Below are positions 60,058-64,000 of a stretch of DNA of 64,000 bases, piece after piece (the first letter of the stretch is position 1; every line of letters starts with the position of its first letter). Below the pieces are notes generated by a model, which did not search any database, was not told the DNA's origin, and was given only the letters and a program-made list of their open reading frames with translations. The position numbers and the translations under genes are program-made. Origin of the DNA: the human T2T-CHM13v2.0 reference genome, Homo sapiens. The stretch lies in the NCBI RefSeq assembly GCF_009914755.1, contig NC_060927.1, one strand, 5' to 3'.

Positions 60058-61216
60058 TAGTCTCCCATGCATTTAGCATGCAGTGGTTCCTGCTCAAGCG
60101 AGTGTCTGCCCCACTTGCTTTCAATAGCCTCTTTAATTCCCTATGGAGAAAATCAAGTGTCTATTTTCAAGTAAGTGAGAAAAGAGAAGAGATTATTGAT
60201 TTTAAAATGTTTTTTAAATTACTGAGGTAAGCAGAAGCTTCAAAATATTTGGATGAAATACTCAATGCAAATATGCAAAATTAATTTAACACATTTTTTC
60301 CATTTTCTTTCTATTTATTCTCTGAAATCCAGAGCTGTGCTCTCTCTTTTCTTTCTGTTCACTTTAACAGGGTTATTACAATAACTGGATTTTTGGCTTT
60401 CTAATGAGATAGTCTTACAGTGTTCCACATCTGGGCAGGAAGCTCCAGAAGGCAAACAATTGAGAAACGTGAATAGATTCTTCTGTACACTTCACGTTAA
60501 ACTCTACATAACATGTTTGACAGTAAAAAAAATAAAAATAAAAAACTAAAGTTTAGCCTTAATTTATTGCATAAACATTAACATTTGTTTTCTGTGCTCA
60601 TTCACAAATCTTACAATGGCTCAGATAAATCTATAACTTTGTTGTAAAATATTTAAGGGAGGCTATGTCAAACATTTCAATGACAATTAATGTGTCAGTA
60701 GTCTCAGAAAAAAATAACAAGATGCAGAATCTTGGAGCTTTCCTCCAGAGAAGGGTAAGGATTAAAATGCCAGAGTTCAGCGGAGCTCTGTGCAAAGCAA
60801 TAAATGGCTGTTGATGGTTATGATACTCCCATCAGCTGTGGAAATTAGTAGATTGGTACATAATTAATTTGTGAGGTACTTAAAATTTTGGAACACTACA
60901 CTAAGAAAATAAGAGAAAAGACCAAATAAATAAAATGAGAAATGAAAGTGGTGACATTACAAGAGATGCTTCAGAAATGAAAAAAATGAAAAAGAACTAT
61001 TATGAATAATTATATGGCAACAAATTGGATAACCTAGAGGAAATGGATAAATGCCTAAAAAAATGCAACTTACGGAGGGAGGAGCCAAGATGGCCGAATA
61101 GGAACAGCCCCGGTCTACAGCTCCCAGCGTGAGCGACGCAGAAGATGGGTGATTTCTGCATTTCCATCTGAGGTACCGGGTTTATCTCACTAGGAGTGTC
61201 AGACAGTGGGCGCAGG

Positions 61217-61525
61217 TCAGTGGGTGTGCGCACCATGCGTGAGCCCAAGCAGGGCGAGGCATTGCCTCACTTGGGAAGCGCAAGGGGTCAGGGAGTTCCT
61301 TTTCTGAGTCAAAGAAAGGGGTGACGGACGGCACCTGGAAAATCGGGTCACTCCCACCCGAATACTGCGCTTTTCCGACGGGCTTAAAAAACGGCGCACC
61401 ACGAGATTATATCCCGCACCTGGCTCGGAGGGTCCTACGCCCACGGAGTCTCGCTGATTGCTAGCACAGCAGTCTGAGATCAAACTGCAAGGCGGCAGCG
61501 AGGCTGGGGGAGGGGCGCCCGCCAT
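61217..61525 (-). CDS. L1 antisense ORF0 (102-codon variant) downstream of the antisense promoter
   Basis: MAGAPPPASLPPCSLISDCCASNQRDSVGVGPSEPG...RFSR; ATG in GCAATGG context; GT donors after nt 106 (61420) and nt 191 (61335). Confidence 0.85.
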   Translation of the reverse strand: MAGAPPPASLPPCSLISDCCASNQRDSVGVGPSEPGAGYNLVVRRFLSPSEKRSIRVGVTRFSRCRPSPLSLTQKRNSLTPCASQVRQCLALLGLTHGAHTH

Positions 61526-61980
61526 TGCCCAGGCTTGCTTAGGTAAACAAAGCAGCCGGAAAGCTCGAACTGGGTGGAGCCCACCACAGCTCAAGGAGGC
61601 CTGCCTGCCTCTGTAGGCTCCACCTCTGGGGGCAGGGCACAGACAAACAAAAAGACAGCAGTAACCTCTGCAGACTTAAATGTCCCTGTCTGACAGCTTT
61701 GAAGAGAGCAGTGGTTCTCCTAGCACGCAGCTGGAGATCTGAGAACGGGCAGACTGCCTCCTCAAGTGGGTCCCTGACCCCTGACCCCCGAGCAGCCTAA
61801 CTGGGAGGCACTCCCCAGCAGGGGCAGACTGACACCTCACACGGTCGGGTACTCCAACAGACCTGCAGCTGAGGGTCCTGTCTGTTAGAAGGAAAACTAA
61901 CAAACAGAAAGGACATCCACACCAAAAACCCATCTGTACATCACCATCATCAAAGACCAAAAGTAGATAAAACCACAAAG

Positions 61981-62997
61981 ATGGGGAAAAAACAGAACAG
62001 AATAACTGGAAACTCTAAAAAGCAGAGCGCCTCTCCTCCTCCAAAGGAATGCAGTTCCTCACCAGCAACGGAACAAAGCTGGATGGAGAATGACTTTGAC
62101 GAGCTGAGAGAAGAAGGCTTCAGACGATCAAATTACTCTGAGCTACGGGAGAACATTCAAACCAAAGGCAAAGAAGTTGAAAACTTTGAAAAAAATTTAG
62201 AAGAATGTATAACTAGAATAACCAATACAGAGAAGTGCTTAAAGGAGCTGATGGAGCTGAAAACCAAGGCTCGAGAACTACGTGAAGAATGCAGAAGCCT
62301 CAGGAGCCGATGCGATCAACTGGAAGAAAGGGTATCAGCGATGGAAGATGAAATGAATGAAATGAAGTGAGAAGGGAAGTCTAGAGAAAAAAGAATAAAA
62401 AGAAATGAGCAAAGCCTCCAAGAAATATGGGACTATGTGAAAAGACCAAATCTACGTCTGATTGGTGTACCTGAAAGTGATGGGGAGAATGGAACCAAGT
62501 TGGAAAACACTTTGCAGGATATCATCCAGGAGAACTTCCCCAATCTAGCAAGGCAGGCCAACCTTCAGATTCAGGAAATACAGAGAACGCCACAAAGATA
62601 CTCCTCGAGAAGAGCAACTCCAAGACACATAATTGTCAGATTCACCAAAGTTGAAATGAAGGAAAAAATGTTAAGGGCAGCCAGAGAGAAAGGTCGGGTT
62701 ACCCTCAAAGGGAAGCCCATCAGACTAACAGCGGATCTCTCAGCAGAAACCCTACAAGCCAGAAGAGAGTGGGGGCCAATATTCAACATTCTTAAAGAAA
62801 AGAATTTTCAACCCAGAATTTCATATCCAGCCAAACTAAGCTTCATAAGTGAAGGAGAAATAAAATCCTTTACAGACAAGCAAATGCTGAGAGATTTTGT
62901 CACCACCAGGCCTGCCTTACAAGAGCTCCTGAAGGAAGCACTAAACATGGAAAGGAACAACCGGTACCAGCCACTGCAAAATCATGCCAAAATGTAA
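61981..62997 (+). pseudogene. L1 ORF1p (338 codons) with premature TGA at 62368-62370
   Basis: ORFs 61981..62370 and 62437..62997 share a frame; AAG TGA GAA where CGA (Arg130) is expected. Confidence 0.95.
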
Positions 62998-63045
62998 AGA
63001 CCATCGAGACTAGGAAGAAACTGCATCAACTAACAAGCAAAATAA

Positions 63046-64000
<955 letters not shown>

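Overview
Great-ape (human-like primate) genomic DNA with two halves. Right part (~20835-64000): the 5' half of the collagen VI alpha-4 gene on the minus strand (COL6A4P1/'DVWA'-type locus). I reconstructed 12 GT-AG exons encoding a signal peptide, seven VWA domains (N7-N1) and only 11 Gly-X-Y triplets, after which the gene stops. It carries a +1 frameshift (N6), nonsense codons (N5, N2) and a ~2.3 kb sense-oriented SVA inserted inside the N2 exon, with a 15-bp TSD and a 34-bp 5' extension. Left part (1-20834): an Alu-rich block with RPS24 and RPS3A processed pseudogenes, resembling the OR7E/FAM86-type segmental duplications. It ends in a HERV-K LTR5A that is cut off at ~20834, a candidate base-level scar of the rearrangement that broke COL6A4. 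Upstream of the gene is the 5' end of a young full-length-type L1 (ORF1 stop at codon 130; ORF2 open as far as visible). Its antisense ORF0 has two splice donors, each in frame with a downstream COL6A4 exon, suggesting a possible retroelement-rebuilt transcription unit (L1 antisense promoter/ORF0 start, SVA or LTR5A polyA end). This unit is inferred, not shown. Coordinates were counted by hand and repeat subfamily names come from recognition, not a database search.
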